Assembly (NCBI GenBank): GCA_965214605.1 | Contig: OZ243961.1 | Span: 480,001-544,000, forward strand | Reading direction: 5' to 3' | Source of the DNA: an uncultured Candidatus Binatia bacterium | Lineage (GTDB): Bacteria > Desulfobacterota > Binatia > Bin18 | DNA length: 64,000 nt | Part shown: in pieces, positions 48,854 to 58,030 of the stretch | How positions within the stretch are numbered: position 1 is the stretch's first letter | Layout of the letters: the number at the start of each line of letters is the position of its first letter | Position numbers and translations under genes: made by a program | The notes under the pieces: generated by a model | The model's database searches: none | What the model was told of the DNA's origin: nothing | Seen by the model: only the letters and a program-made list of their open reading frames with translations

Positions 48854-49970
48854 GCTGCGGATTGCGGCCATTTCTCAGTTTGCTATACTCGTCGGCATCT
48901 CGCAGGCAATGCAGGTTGAGCTGCGGATTGCGGCCATTTCTCAGTTTGCTATACTTCGCCGAGGTACTCACGATCAGCACGTCGGGCTGCGGATTGCGGC
49001 CATTTCTCAGTTTGCTATACTTTTGCCACGCGGGTGGTGAGCTGGCAACCCGCTGCGGATTGCGGCCATTTCTCAGTTTGCTATACTCTTCACGCAGACA
49101 CACTCGATGCGGTAATAGCTGCGGATTGCGGCCATTTCTCAGTTTGCTATACTTCCCACGAGGACGGACTCACCTTCGAACATCGCTGCGGATTGCGGCC
49201 ATTTCTCAGTTTGCTATACTTTGCCCTGCCGCGAATCCCTGCTTTGCCAAGCTGCGGATTGCGGCCATTTCTCAGTTTGCTATACTCAAAGCCGTTGACG
49301 GAATCACTCCGGGTGAGCTGCGGATTGCGGCCATTTCTCAGTTTGCTATACTGAAACCGGGCCTGCGCCCGGTCCGTGGGGAGCTGCGGATTGCGGCCAT
49401 TTCTCAGTTTGCTATACTTGTTCGTAGTGCAGCGTACCGTGCTCGTAGCTGCGGATTGCGGCCATTTCTCAGTTTGCTATACTCTTCGAGCGTAAACGTG
49501 TGCTGCTGCTTCGAGCTGCGGATTGCGGCCATTTCTCAGTTTGCTATACTTAATCTGCAATCGCTCTGTCGCAAGTGTCAGCTGCGGATTGCGGCCATTT
49601 CTCAGTTTGCTATACTGATGTCCCGGCCTACCCAGCTTCAACCGTAGCTGCGGATTGCGGCCATTTCTCAGTTTGCTATACTGTCGGGTGGGTGAAGGAG
49701 ACCTGCGCGCAGGCTGCGGATTGCGGCCATTTCTCAGTTTGCTATACTTCCCCCGCGTCAACCCCTTGCGTGACTTTTGCTGCGGATTGCGGCCATTTCT
49801 CAGTTTGCTATACTCAACAAGGAAGACACCCCCCCGGCTGCGAGAACGCGATATCGAAGCGGCTGCGGATTGCGGCCATTTCTCAGTTTGCTATACTTCA
49901 TGACCGGCCTGGAAATCACCTCACAACCAATGTCGCTGCGGATTGCGGCCATTTCTCAGTTTGCTATACT
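48854..49970 (+). CRISPR. Type II-C CRISPR array, 17 repeats / 16 spacers
   Basis: Identical 36-bp repeat GCTGCGGATTGCGGCCATTTCTCAGTTTGCTATACT. Spacers are 29-31 bp except the last two (47 and 37 bp). Each repeat ends in an extended -10 (TGcTATACT). Confidence 0.98.
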
Positions 49971-50020
49971 GCCCCCGCCGCAAGGGGCTGAAAAGACACC
50001 GTTTTCCCTCCTCTCGGCCA
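49971..50020. promoter_or_regulatory. Short putative CRISPR leader between last repeat and cas2 stop
   Basis: Position adjacent to cas2 as in II-C loci; small GCCCC...GGGGC inverted repeat. Confidence 0.55.
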
Positions 50021-50377
50021 CTAAAAAAACTCCAATTGGGCGGGAGGGGGAGACGGCTTTTCCCGTTTTTTTCCCACATATACCTTGATACGACCGAACT
50101 GTTTGTCAGTAATCGTCAAAAAGCGGATCTCGCCGGCTGACGGGACGCGGGCAGCCATACGCTCTATGTGGACGTTCGCATTTTCAATAGACGCGCAATG
50201 CCGTGAGTACACAGAATACTGCATCATGGTGAAGCCGCCGTCCAACAGATCCTTGCGAAAACGAGCGTAGGCTCTTCGCGCCTTTGCCGTGTCGGTCGGT
50301 AAATCGAACATTACAATGACCCACATGGAGCGCCATCCCCAAGGAATCTGTGGTACGGGCCGCCAGCGCGCCATCAA
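50021..50377 (-). CDS. cas2: CRISPR-associated Cas2
   Basis: MWVIVMFDLP, FRKDLLDGGFTMMQYSVY, ITDKQF. Confidence 0.97.
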   Translation of the reverse strand: MMARWRPVPQIPWGWRSMWVIVMFDLPTDTAKARRAYARFRKDLLDGGFTMMQYSVYSRHCASIENANVHIERMAARVPSAGEIRFLTITDKQFGRIKVYVGKKREKPSPPPAQLEFF

Positions 50378-51318
50378 TTGTCCTCGTTGTCATCCAAGTC
50401 ATCCAATGGCTCCGGTTCCAAGGGCAGTCCTTCCGGGAGTGACAGGTTCGGATCATCGCCTGTCAGGGCACGGCAGAGGGAAGTCGCACTGGCCTGGAAG
50501 GCGAGCAGCAACGGCATGCGGTGTCCACTGACTTGAACCGTTTCGTTGAACAGTGACAGCAGCGCAGCTCGGGTTTCTTGCTGCGAAAGTTCTGGCAGCG
50601 GGTCTTTTTCATTGTTTGCCAACAGTTTTACCCGCCAGTCTACATACGGCCGATACGGCTCAAACAGATCGTCCGCCAGGCAGAACGGGTTACCCCTGTT
50701 TCGGTGGTGTACGCCGAGCGAAGGAATCAGCCCAGCGGCGACAATAGCTCGTGCGATTGCGGATCGGACCACAGCGTAGCCGTAATTCAACAGGGCGTTC
50801 ACTCCGTCAGCGCCTCGGTCACGGCGAAACGTCGCGCCAAATAGACGCGGCCAGTAGCGTTGTGCGGCTTGAGCTTCAAGATTGTCCGGGTCGCCCGAGC
50901 GCACCCGTCGTACCATAGGCCCGAGGCCGCCGTGTTCTCCGGTAAAATGCGTCAGCACCGCCGCCTGCTGGGTAATTTTCGCCCGGATGAGTGCCTGCCA
51001 TATCCGTTTTTTCACTGGTTCACGTACGGCCACCTGGGCACGGTGACGTTCGGTCTGAACATGGTGGGCGTCAAGCGGCAACATCATGCCTACAGGAAGA
51101 TGATCACGGCCCGACACCACAATAGTCGCTCCGGCGTCTAGCAGTTCAAGAAATACCGATTGCGTGTAGGTAGCGCGTACATCGTCCACGATCACTACCC
51201 CCAGGTCCTCTATGGGTCTCGTAACCTTGGGCCGATCAGGACGGTCTATGACGAGCTGTCGATGGGAAACGGAAAGACGTGTCCCCGGTGTGGAGAATTC
51301 CAGGGTTTTACGGATCAT
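50374..51318 (-). CDS. cas1: CRISPR-associated Cas1 (type II)
   Basis: PIEDLG, SGDPDNLEAQAAQRYW, NALLNYGY, LGVHH, LADDLFEPYRP. Confidence 0.97.
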   Translation of the reverse strand: MIRKTLEFSTPGTRLSVSHRQLVIDRPDRPKVTRPIEDLGVVIVDDVRATYTQSVFLELLDAGATIVVSGRDHLPVGMMLPLDAHHVQTERHRAQVAVREPVKKRIWQALIRAKITQQAAVLTHFTGEHGGLGPMVRRVRSGDPDNLEAQAAQRYWPRLFGATFRRDRGADGVNALLNYGYAVVRSAIARAIVAAGLIPSLGVHHRNRGNPFCLADDLFEPYRPYVDWRVKLLANNEKDPLPELSQQETRAALLSLFNETVQVSGHRMPLLLAFQASATSLCRALTGDDPNLSLPEGLPLEPEPLDDLDDNEDN

Positions 51319-51329
51319 GGCGGACTCAC

Positions 51330-54300
51330 TCAGTCATTCGCTGGACGGATGCGGCCTATCGGGTCAATCGAAACCTTTCTCGGTCGCCTCAACATAAATC
51401 CCCCGAAGCGAGGCTGAAAATTCTCCCGCTTCCCGTCCATCCCTTGCTTTTCGGCCTCCTTCACCGAGGTGGGCCGAGCGTCGTTGATCTTGGCGAGGGT
51501 CGGTCGACCCTCTGAGGCGATACTATGTATTACCCAAAGCCCTTTCTTTTCTCCTTCCTGGAACTCTACCACATCACCCGGCGACAGCGACATAATGAAC
51601 TGCGCTTCCTCGCTACGCTCACGTTGCACCACGGGCTTACGTTTTGCCAGCCGCCGAGACGCTTCAAACAGGCTGACCACTTCAAAGTCAGGCTTACCAT
51701 TTGGCAAACGAAAGATCGCGATATGATGATTCCCATCCAAGGGAGCGTAACCTGTCGTGGCCGGCGCCATCAGTTTCCACTGTTGCTTCATCAGAATGCG
51801 GACTTTACGGATTTTCGGGCCGTCCGGGCTTCGTTTGGGATAAGGAGGAAACGCTTTTTTCGGATCACCGCCATGATTCTCGACCCATCGAGTGACGATC
51901 TCTCTCACATCTTTGTCTCGAATACCCTCGCCATCCTTCTCGGTTTTCAGCTCGCTCTTGCTCAGTTCCTCAACGTTCTTGCGCGTAACAAACTGGCGGT
52001 AAGTTCCTGAATTTGTGGTGATACACTGTTTCGTATCCCCGTATATCGTTTCCTTGTGCAGTCGGCCGGACACTTTTTTGCGTACGCGGTGGGAAACAAC
52101 GATTTCGTGAACGGCGCGTTCAGTATCGGCTCGGACTGTCTCCCAGGGTAGCAACAGGAAAGGACGTTTGACACCGGGCCTCTCTCTGGCCTTCCAGTAA
52201 GTGGACAACCGTTGCGTCATACCGGGATGGGTACAGGCCACCACCAACGCGTCAATGGCATGGTGGCGATGGTCAGCACGGGTTTTCTTCCCGTCGCCGG
52301 CCAGAATGTTGTTCAGGTTCCAGAGCTTACGGAGCTGGGCGGTAGCACGCCCGGATACCGCCTGCACTGTCACGGGTGCGTGTGGCCCCAAGTCGGGCCA
52401 GAGGCGCTTGAGAAACGCGACAGCCTCTCGCGCGGCATAGCCGGTGTCGTTGAGTTGGCGCGCGGCAAAATCCTTGGGGATGGATTGCGCCAGAAACCGC
52501 TTGATTTTCCCTGGTGACATCCCCTCACCGCCCTTGGACGCCCGCATTTTTTGCAGGCGGTCCGTGATCTCTGCCCAACGGTCAGCATCATGCCCAAGAT
52601 ACTCAAACGGGGTACGGGCGCCTTTCTTCTGGTTCACGTCTTCACGGCACAACGTCTTGTTTCTGAAGCTGTCGTCAAACGATCTAGATCGCGGCCAAAT
52701 ATGCTCTATCTGGAACTTCCCCTCACGAAATAGCGCGTCAAAACAAATATGATCCCCGGTATAGGGACAGCGTTCCCCACTCTCCTTCCAGAGCAGCCAT
52801 TTCTCAATTTGGTCGCGCGACGGTTGAGCAAGCCCTTTGTCCTCCAAGTCTTTCTTGGCCGCCTTTCGGCGACGTTCCTGACGGCGAATACCGTCTTGTA
52901 TTTCCTCACGCTTGCGTTTTGACGTCCCGATATCGCGGGTCAATTCAACACGGATCCGGTCTGGTCTACCGAACATGTCTATGAGATTATTGACGACCTT
53001 ACGCAACTCGTTACGAGTCCGTACGACCGTAGGGTTACGCAATCCGGCGATATACTCGCGCTCTTCTTTGTCCGCCGGACTTGGTAGCCGGTCCACAAAC
53101 TCGCCTGTTGGCCGGCGTCCTTCAGGAAAGGTCTTATTCCGCCAGTCCTCCCACTCAGGGCTATTCACAAGGACGCCGAAGCGCACCCCGTCCTGTAGAT
53201 GGGGCAGCATAGCCCGCAGCGCCTCTGTGGAATAAGGTTCCCAGCCGGTCGGCAGCTTGATTTTTCCCAGCTTTTCGGCCTGCTCTTCACTGACGCTAAA
53301 CTTCTCAATCAAGCTATGGGCCGCAGCCTGGCGCTTCGTACCCCGCTCTGCCTGTGGCTGGATGACAACCCGCTGCGCGCCGACTTCTCCATAATCCGCG
53401 GACCACAGGAGGGCGGGAACGGTGTCGCGGAGGGCCTGTTTATGTGGGTGGCGTTGCCAAGCCTCACCAAAAATGCCAGCTAGGTTCGCTTCGAGCGGAT
53501 TGCCGATCAATGTTCTCTCGCCACCAAGTTCGAGGTTAAATTGCAGCCTCTTTTCCGCTCCCGCCTCTCCGCGCTCCTTGTACAGAGGGTGGAGCGCTTT
53601 ACGAACACCAGCCCAGGTCATAGACGCCTGCGTCTGTAACCTGTTAAGAATTGCCGCGCGTTCGTCCCTATTTAGCGGGCGGCTTTCCCCGACTACCACC
53701 TCTAGGTTATTCAACTTTTCGAGCATGCGCCGTTGCTGAGACAGCCACGCGCCTTTGGGGCATAGAGCTTTATCCGGCATGAAGCGACATTCACCCAGCG
53801 TACTCTTGCGCCAGAAGACCGGCCGTTGGGCAAAAATCGCTTCGCGGATCGCGTGTTTAAAGCTCCGATCGTGTAGGGCTTGGTTGTACTTCTCCTGAGC
53901 CGTCCAGAATTTTTTAAACTCCTCCTCAACAACGGCTCGGGTGGCATGTACGCAGCGTTTACGCTTATCCGGCCCACGCCTCGACAACCAAGCCCCGAGC
54001 GTGACTGTCGAGTCCTTACTTTCTTCTTCTCTCAATTCCTCCAGCGTCTTTTCTCGTTCGGTCTTAGCCTTCTTCTCGTCGGCGCTTTCCTTGTCCCTGT
54101 CGTCACCAACGGCATCAGAAGAACCGCCATCGTCCTCAAGATCCCGGCCTTTGAAATGCCGGCGCTTGGCCAGATGATATAGTGCCCGTCCGAACTCATC
54201 CCTCGTCAGGGCTTTTGCTTCTCTGATCGCACGCGCTCGCAGCTCATAGGGGTCAAGCTTCATCAGTTCGCTCCAAGCCGACTTTGGCGAGGCGTCGAAT

Positions 54301-54551
54301 GCGGGCAGGAACCCCGCCTCGTGGAGTAGCTCGCCAATATTGCGCCGGCGTTGACGGCTGCGCCGTAGCTGACGCCTCCGCATGCGTGCCTGTCGTCGCT
54401 TATGGTTCAACGGAGTGCCGTCAGGATCACGCGCCTCGGGAAAAATGCGGACGCCAAGCCGAAGGATTCGGCCTTCCGCTTCGTCGTCATGCTCAATGAC
54501 GGCAAATCCAATAGAAGTCGTCCCGATATCAAATCCAAAAATCAGCGCCAT
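51330..54551 (-). CDS. cas9: Type II-C Cas9 (~1073 aa)
   Basis: RuvC-I FDIGTTSIG, Arg-rich bridge helix, RNPTV, RuvC-II VELTRD, HNH CPYTG..IEHIWP..NKTLC..NQKKG, RuvC-III HRHHAIDA; no csn2/cas4 in the locus. Confidence 0.97.
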   Translation of the reverse strand: MALIFGFDIGTTSIGFAVIEHDDEAEGRILRLGVRIFPEARDPDGTPLNHKRRQARMRRRQLRRSRQRRRNIGELLHEAGFLPAFDASPKSAWSELMKLDPYELRARAIREAKALTRDEFGRALYHLAKRRHFKGRDLEDDGGSSDAVGDDRDKESADEKKAKTEREKTLEELREEESKDSTVTLGAWLSRRGPDKRKRCVHATRAVVEEEFKKFWTAQEKYNQALHDRSFKHAIREAIFAQRPVFWRKSTLGECRFMPDKALCPKGAWLSQQRRMLEKLNNLEVVVGESRPLNRDERAAILNRLQTQASMTWAGVRKALHPLYKERGEAGAEKRLQFNLELGGERTLIGNPLEANLAGIFGEAWQRHPHKQALRDTVPALLWSADYGEVGAQRVVIQPQAERGTKRQAAAHSLIEKFSVSEEQAEKLGKIKLPTGWEPYSTEALRAMLPHLQDGVRFGVLVNSPEWEDWRNKTFPEGRRPTGEFVDRLPSPADKEEREYIAGLRNPTVVRTRNELRKVVNNLIDMFGRPDRIRVELTRDIGTSKRKREEIQDGIRRQERRRKAAKKDLEDKGLAQPSRDQIEKWLLWKESGERCPYTGDHICFDALFREGKFQIEHIWPRSRSFDDSFRNKTLCREDVNQKKGARTPFEYLGHDADRWAEITDRLQKMRASKGGEGMSPGKIKRFLAQSIPKDFAARQLNDTGYAAREAVAFLKRLWPDLGPHAPVTVQAVSGRATAQLRKLWNLNNILAGDGKKTRADHRHHAIDALVVACTHPGMTQRLSTYWKARERPGVKRPFLLLPWETVRADTERAVHEIVVSHRVRKKVSGRLHKETIYGDTKQCITTNSGTYRQFVTRKNVEELSKSELKTEKDGEGIRDKDVREIVTRWVENHGGDPKKAFPPYPKRSPDGPKIRKVRILMKQQWKLMAPATTGYAPLDGNHHIAIFRLPNGKPDFEVVSLFEASRRLAKRKPVVQRERSEEAQFIMSLSPGDVVEFQEGEKKGLWVIHSIASEGRPTLAKINDARPTSVKEAEKQGMDGKRENFQPRFGGFMLRRPRKVSIDPIGRIRPAND

Positions 54552-54596
54552 CAATACCCCCCCTCTTGCCAAGTCAACGATAAATCTCTAATAGGG

Positions 54597-54720
54597 AACC
54601 ATAGCAAATTGAGAAGTGGCCGATTGCTTTTCGCAGGCAATTTGACCCTTCGTGCGGGCTCGGTGTCCCAAGGTCATCCACCGGTATCAAAGCCTCTGTC
54701 TCTATGATAGGGGCTTTGTT
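54597..54720 (+). ncRNA. tracrRNA
   Basis: Anti-repeat ATAGCAAATTGAGAAGTGGCCG (54601-54622; 20/22 Watson-Crick plus 2 G-U with the + strand repeat), lower stem TTCGCAG, stems TGACC/GGTCA and terminator hairpin 54689-54717; 5' end approximate. Confidence 0.88.
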
Positions 54721-54760
54721 GTTGGTCGCCAGAATGATTCACCCGCTAGCCGACCTTGGC

Positions 54761-55426
54761 TTATGGTAGAAGCTGAAGAACCGATACCAGGGGATTGTCA
54801 AGCAGGGCTTGGCACGCCTGCCCCAGCCGGCTTTCCAAGACGCCGGCTGAGCCGCGACTAAAAACAAAACCGCCCGGGGCCAGTACACGCAGCAGCTCTT
54901 GGACCGCCCGCTCAAACGTGTCCGCACTCATCGGAATCTCACGGTTAAACATATTGGCGGTGTAAATCACCCGTATCGACCGGTCGGTCAGGGCGCTGAG
55001 ATCACTGACCGTGGCGTGGTGCAAACGGATCTTGTCCGCTAGCCGAACATCTTCTGTCCTCTTCGTTTGTAAAAACTGGGCCGTCTCAACAACCTGGGCC
55101 CCAATCCACTCATAGCCGTGCACCCGATCCAGCTCAAAAACCGTCAGTACATCGCACGGTTCGAGCACATTGGTGCCGAAACCCAGACACAGCCCGTGAG
55201 TTGGCCGGTTTGCACGGAGCCTTGTCAGCACATCAACCTGGGCCAGCGCTTTGACTAGTCCGATGGCCTGCTGCAGCGCGGGTGCCACATGGCCGCCGAT
55301 GCTGTCGCGTAGCCCCGGATATTCCAAGATCATCACATAGGCGGGGTCATCCCGCCACGGCGCTTGGTCGTCGGGATAGATCTCCCCTTCGATGAACGCC
55401 CGCCAGGTTTGCTCTTCAGCCACCAT
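54761..55426 (-). CDS. Class I SAM-dependent methyltransferase-like protein
   Basis: Atypical motif I GLCLGFG, acidic GYE, DRSIRVIY, ELLRVLAPGGFVF; alternative start 55489. Confidence 0.6.
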   Translation of the reverse strand: MVAEEQTWRAFIEGEIYPDDQAPWRDDPAYVMILEYPGLRDSIGGHVAPALQQAIGLVKALAQVDVLTRLRANRPTHGLCLGFGTNVLEPCDVLTVFELDRVHGYEWIGAQVVETAQFLQTKRTEDVRLADKIRLHHATVSDLSALTDRSIRVIYTANMFNREIPMSADTFERAVQELLRVLAPGGFVFSRGSAGVLESRLGQACQALLDNPLVSVLQLLP

Positions 55427-55507
55427 ACGTCTCGCAATCACCCCCCTCGGGCCTTGCAATATCACCCTGATTGCGCCATTTCCTGCCATACGACAGGAGG
55501 CAACACA

Positions 55508-56323
55508 ATGGGTGTAATGGACAGACTCCGACTGGACGGCAAGCTCATCATCATGACCGGAGCCGGGCGAGGCCTAGGGCGCGCAATGGCTCTTGATCTA
55601 GCCGAGGCGGGGGCCGACTTAGTGGCGGCCGCTCGGACGAGATCACAGATTGATGAAACGGCCGAAATGATCCGCAGCACAGGCCGCCGCTGTCTGGCCG
55701 TGCCGGTCAATATTACTGACTCCGCCTCGGTGCAGACAATGGTCAAGGCCACCCTGGCCGAGTTCGGACGGATTGACGTGCTGGTTAATAACGCCGGCGG
55801 GGCAAGCCGGGGATGGAACAAACCGCTAGAGGAGATCACGGACGAGGAGTGGCATAAAGGCATTGATACCAATCTGACTGGAGCGGTCTTTTGCTGCCGG
55901 GCGGTTATCCCTCATATGCTTAAACAGGGCGGCGGTAAAATCATCAACATCACCTCCGGGCTTGGGGTCCGGGCCAGCAGGTACAATTTCATGTATTCCG
56001 CGGCCAAGGCCGGGCTCAACAACTTCACCCGCTGTATGGCTATGAACTACGCCGATAAAAATATTCAGACCAATCTCATCATGCCGGGCATTTTCCCGCA
56101 CGACGATCCGGCTCTCATCAAATTTTGGCAGGGAGGGAAGTTCATTCCGGTCGGCCGGGTGGGCAAAGACGAAGAGCTGGGCCACCTGTGCGTGTTCTTA
56201 GCCTCGGAGGCGTCCAACTATATGAACGGGGAAATGCTGTGTACCGAAGGCGGGGGTTTGGCGGGCGGCGAGGTCCCGACCGGCTTTGCTCCGTTGGTGC
56301 CACTGGAAGGAGAGCGGCAATGA
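55508..56323 (+). CDS. SDR family oxidoreductase
   Basis: TGAGRGLG, NNAGG, YSAAK. Confidence 0.92.
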   Translation: MGVMDRLRLDGKLIIMTGAGRGLGRAMALDLAEAGADLVAAARTRSQIDETAEMIRSTGRRCLAVPVNITDSASVQTMVKATLAEFGRIDVLVNNAGGASRGWNKPLEEITDEEWHKGIDTNLTGAVFCCRAVIPHMLKQGGGKIINITSGLGVRASRYNFMYSAAKAGLNNFTRCMAMNYADKNIQTNLIMPGIFPHDDPALIKFWQGGKFIPVGRVGKDEELGHLCVFLASEASNYMNGEMLCTEGGGLAGGEVPTGFAPLVPLEGERQ

Positions 56324-57087
56324 GCGCGTTCTCCCTGGCCGATAAATCTGCCCTGATCATCGGCGCCGCCACGCCAATCGGGGGTGCCTTAGCCCTGACG
56401 CTTGCCGAGGCAGGGGCCAATACCGTGCTGTCTACCACGCTGCCCTCGCCTCGTGAGGTGGCGGCGATCCAGGCCCACGAGCGCACGATTCGTGATATGG
56501 GCCGAGAAGGCTTTACCCAGACGATCGACATCACCAGCGAACACGACGTAAACGCCCTAGTTGAACGTACGGTGTCTGAATTGGGCAGCCTCGACATCCT
56601 GGTCAACACACCAGACCTAGCCTTTGCCAAGCCTATCCAACACAGTTCGCTGGCGGAGTGGAACCGGGTGCTTGGCGTCAATCTGAGCGGCGTGTATCTC
56701 AGCTGCCGGGCGGCCGCCGGCCCCATGCTGTCTCAGCAATACGGTCGGATCATTAACCTTGTCTCTGTGCTCGGCCAACGAGGTATGGCCAACGGGAGCG
56801 CCTACTGTGCTGCCCAAGCCGGAGTGCTCAACTTGACCCGGGCCCTGTCCCAAGAATGGGCCCGCCAGGGCATCACGGTCAACGCGATTGGGGCTGGCTG
56901 GACTGAGGGCATGACCATGCTTTATGACGACGCGGTCAAAAAACAGCTCATCCGCTACATCCCCCAAAAACGTCTGGCTCAACCCCAAGACATTGCTGAC
57001 GCGGTGGTGAGTTTTGCCTCGGACCGTTCCGGTTTCATTACCGGCCAAGTGCTATGGCTGGAGGGCGGGGTGTTGAGTCGATTATAA
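56320..57087 (+). CDS. SDR-like protein with degenerate motifs
   Basis: ATGA overlap with the previous SDR; GAATPIG, NTPD, YCAAQ. Confidence 0.88.
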   Translation: MSAFSLADKSALIIGAATPIGGALALTLAEAGANTVLSTTLPSPREVAAIQAHERTIRDMGREGFTQTIDITSEHDVNALVERTVSELGSLDILVNTPDLAFAKPIQHSSLAEWNRVLGVNLSGVYLSCRAAAGPMLSQQYGRIINLVSVLGQRGMANGSAYCAAQAGVLNLTRALSQEWARQGITVNAIGAGWTEGMTMLYDDAVKKQLIRYIPQKRLAQPQDIADAVVSFASDRSGFITGQVLWLEGGVLSRL

Positions 57088-57148
57088 AAAACGCTCTTTT
57101 AGCCAAAACCGTATTGTCCTTCCCCCGTGTTCAGGCTAAAGGAGAAAC

Positions 57149-57994
57149 ATGTCACAGGCTGTCAAACGAAGCACCCTGAGCGGTGACTGGATCTGGCGGA
57201 CGGTTCGGCAAGAGGCCGCGCGAGAAGAGGAGCGCGAGCCGGTGTTGGCCAGCTTTCTGCACTCAATTATCCTCAACCACTCTTCGCTAGAGGAAGCGCT
57301 GAGCTTTCATCTGGCCGGCAAGCTGACCAATCTGAACCTGCCGTCCATGTCCCTCCGCGATATTATCATCGAAGCAATGCTCAAAGACGCTGCGATCGGC
57401 AGAGCGATTCGGGCCGATATTCGTGGGGCACGGGAACGCGACCCAGCCTGCTCCTCCTATCTCGTCCCTCTGCTCTACTACAAGGGCCTGCACGCCCTAG
57501 AAGCCTACCGGGTTGCCCACTGGCTGTGGACCCAAGACCGCAGAACTCTGGCGTTCTGTTTTCAGAATCGCATCTCTGAGGTTTTTGGGGTCGACATCCA
57601 CCCAGCGGCTCGCATTGGTTCAGGAGTGTTCATTGACCACGCCACGAGTCTGGTTATCGGTGAAACCGCTGTGGTAGAAGACGAGGTCTCCATGCTCCAG
57701 GAGGTCACCCTAGGCGGCACCGGCAAGGAGAGCGGCGACCGCCACCCCAAGATTCGGACCGGCGTGCTGATCAGCGCCGGGGCCAAGATTCTGGGCAATG
57801 TTGAGGTTGGTGCAGACGCCAAAGTTGGCGCGGGCAGTGTTGTGCTGACCGATGTGCCGGCCGGCTGTACGGTTGCCGGCGTCCCAGCCAAAATTGTAGG
57901 ACGGTGCGCTCAGACCACAAGTCATCCGGCCCTGGAGATGGACCACCAACTTCCGGCCAGGATTCCGGACTACGAGCCGCTTGAAGAGCACTGA
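57149..57994 (+). CDS. cysE: Serine O-acetyltransferase
   Basis: ERDPAC, VDIHPAARIG, IDHAT, VTLGGTGKESGDRHPK. Confidence 0.97.
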   Translation: MSQAVKRSTLSGDWIWRTVRQEAAREEEREPVLASFLHSIILNHSSLEEALSFHLAGKLTNLNLPSMSLRDIIIEAMLKDAAIGRAIRADIRGARERDPACSSYLVPLLYYKGLHALEAYRVAHWLWTQDRRTLAFCFQNRISEVFGVDIHPAARIGSGVFIDHATSLVIGETAVVEDEVSMLQEVTLGGTGKESGDRHPKIRTGVLISAGAKILGNVEVGADAKVGAGSVVLTDVPAGCTVAGVPAKIVGRCAQTTSHPALEMDHQLPARIPDYEPLEEH

Positions 57995-58030
57995 GGGGTG
58001 CGTCGCACGACAAAACAAGGAGGGTGCGTC

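Noticed and set aside
49749-49778. Spacer 14 resembles the leader (TCCCCCGCGTCAA vs GCCCCCGCCGCAA; shares CCCCTTGCG with the leader's reverse strand)
   Set aside because: Short, C-rich matches consistent with chance; the spacer has normal length.
48890-49934. Self-targeting spacers within the window
   Set aside because: Only 10-nt or shorter matches were noticed by eye (e.g. CTTCGAGCGT near 46807); not exhaustive without a search.
48759-50088. Several ORFs with repeated peptides (YSKLRNGRNPQ, CGLRPFLSLLY, LRIAAISQFAIL)
   Set aside because: These are translations of the CRISPR repeats, not proteins.
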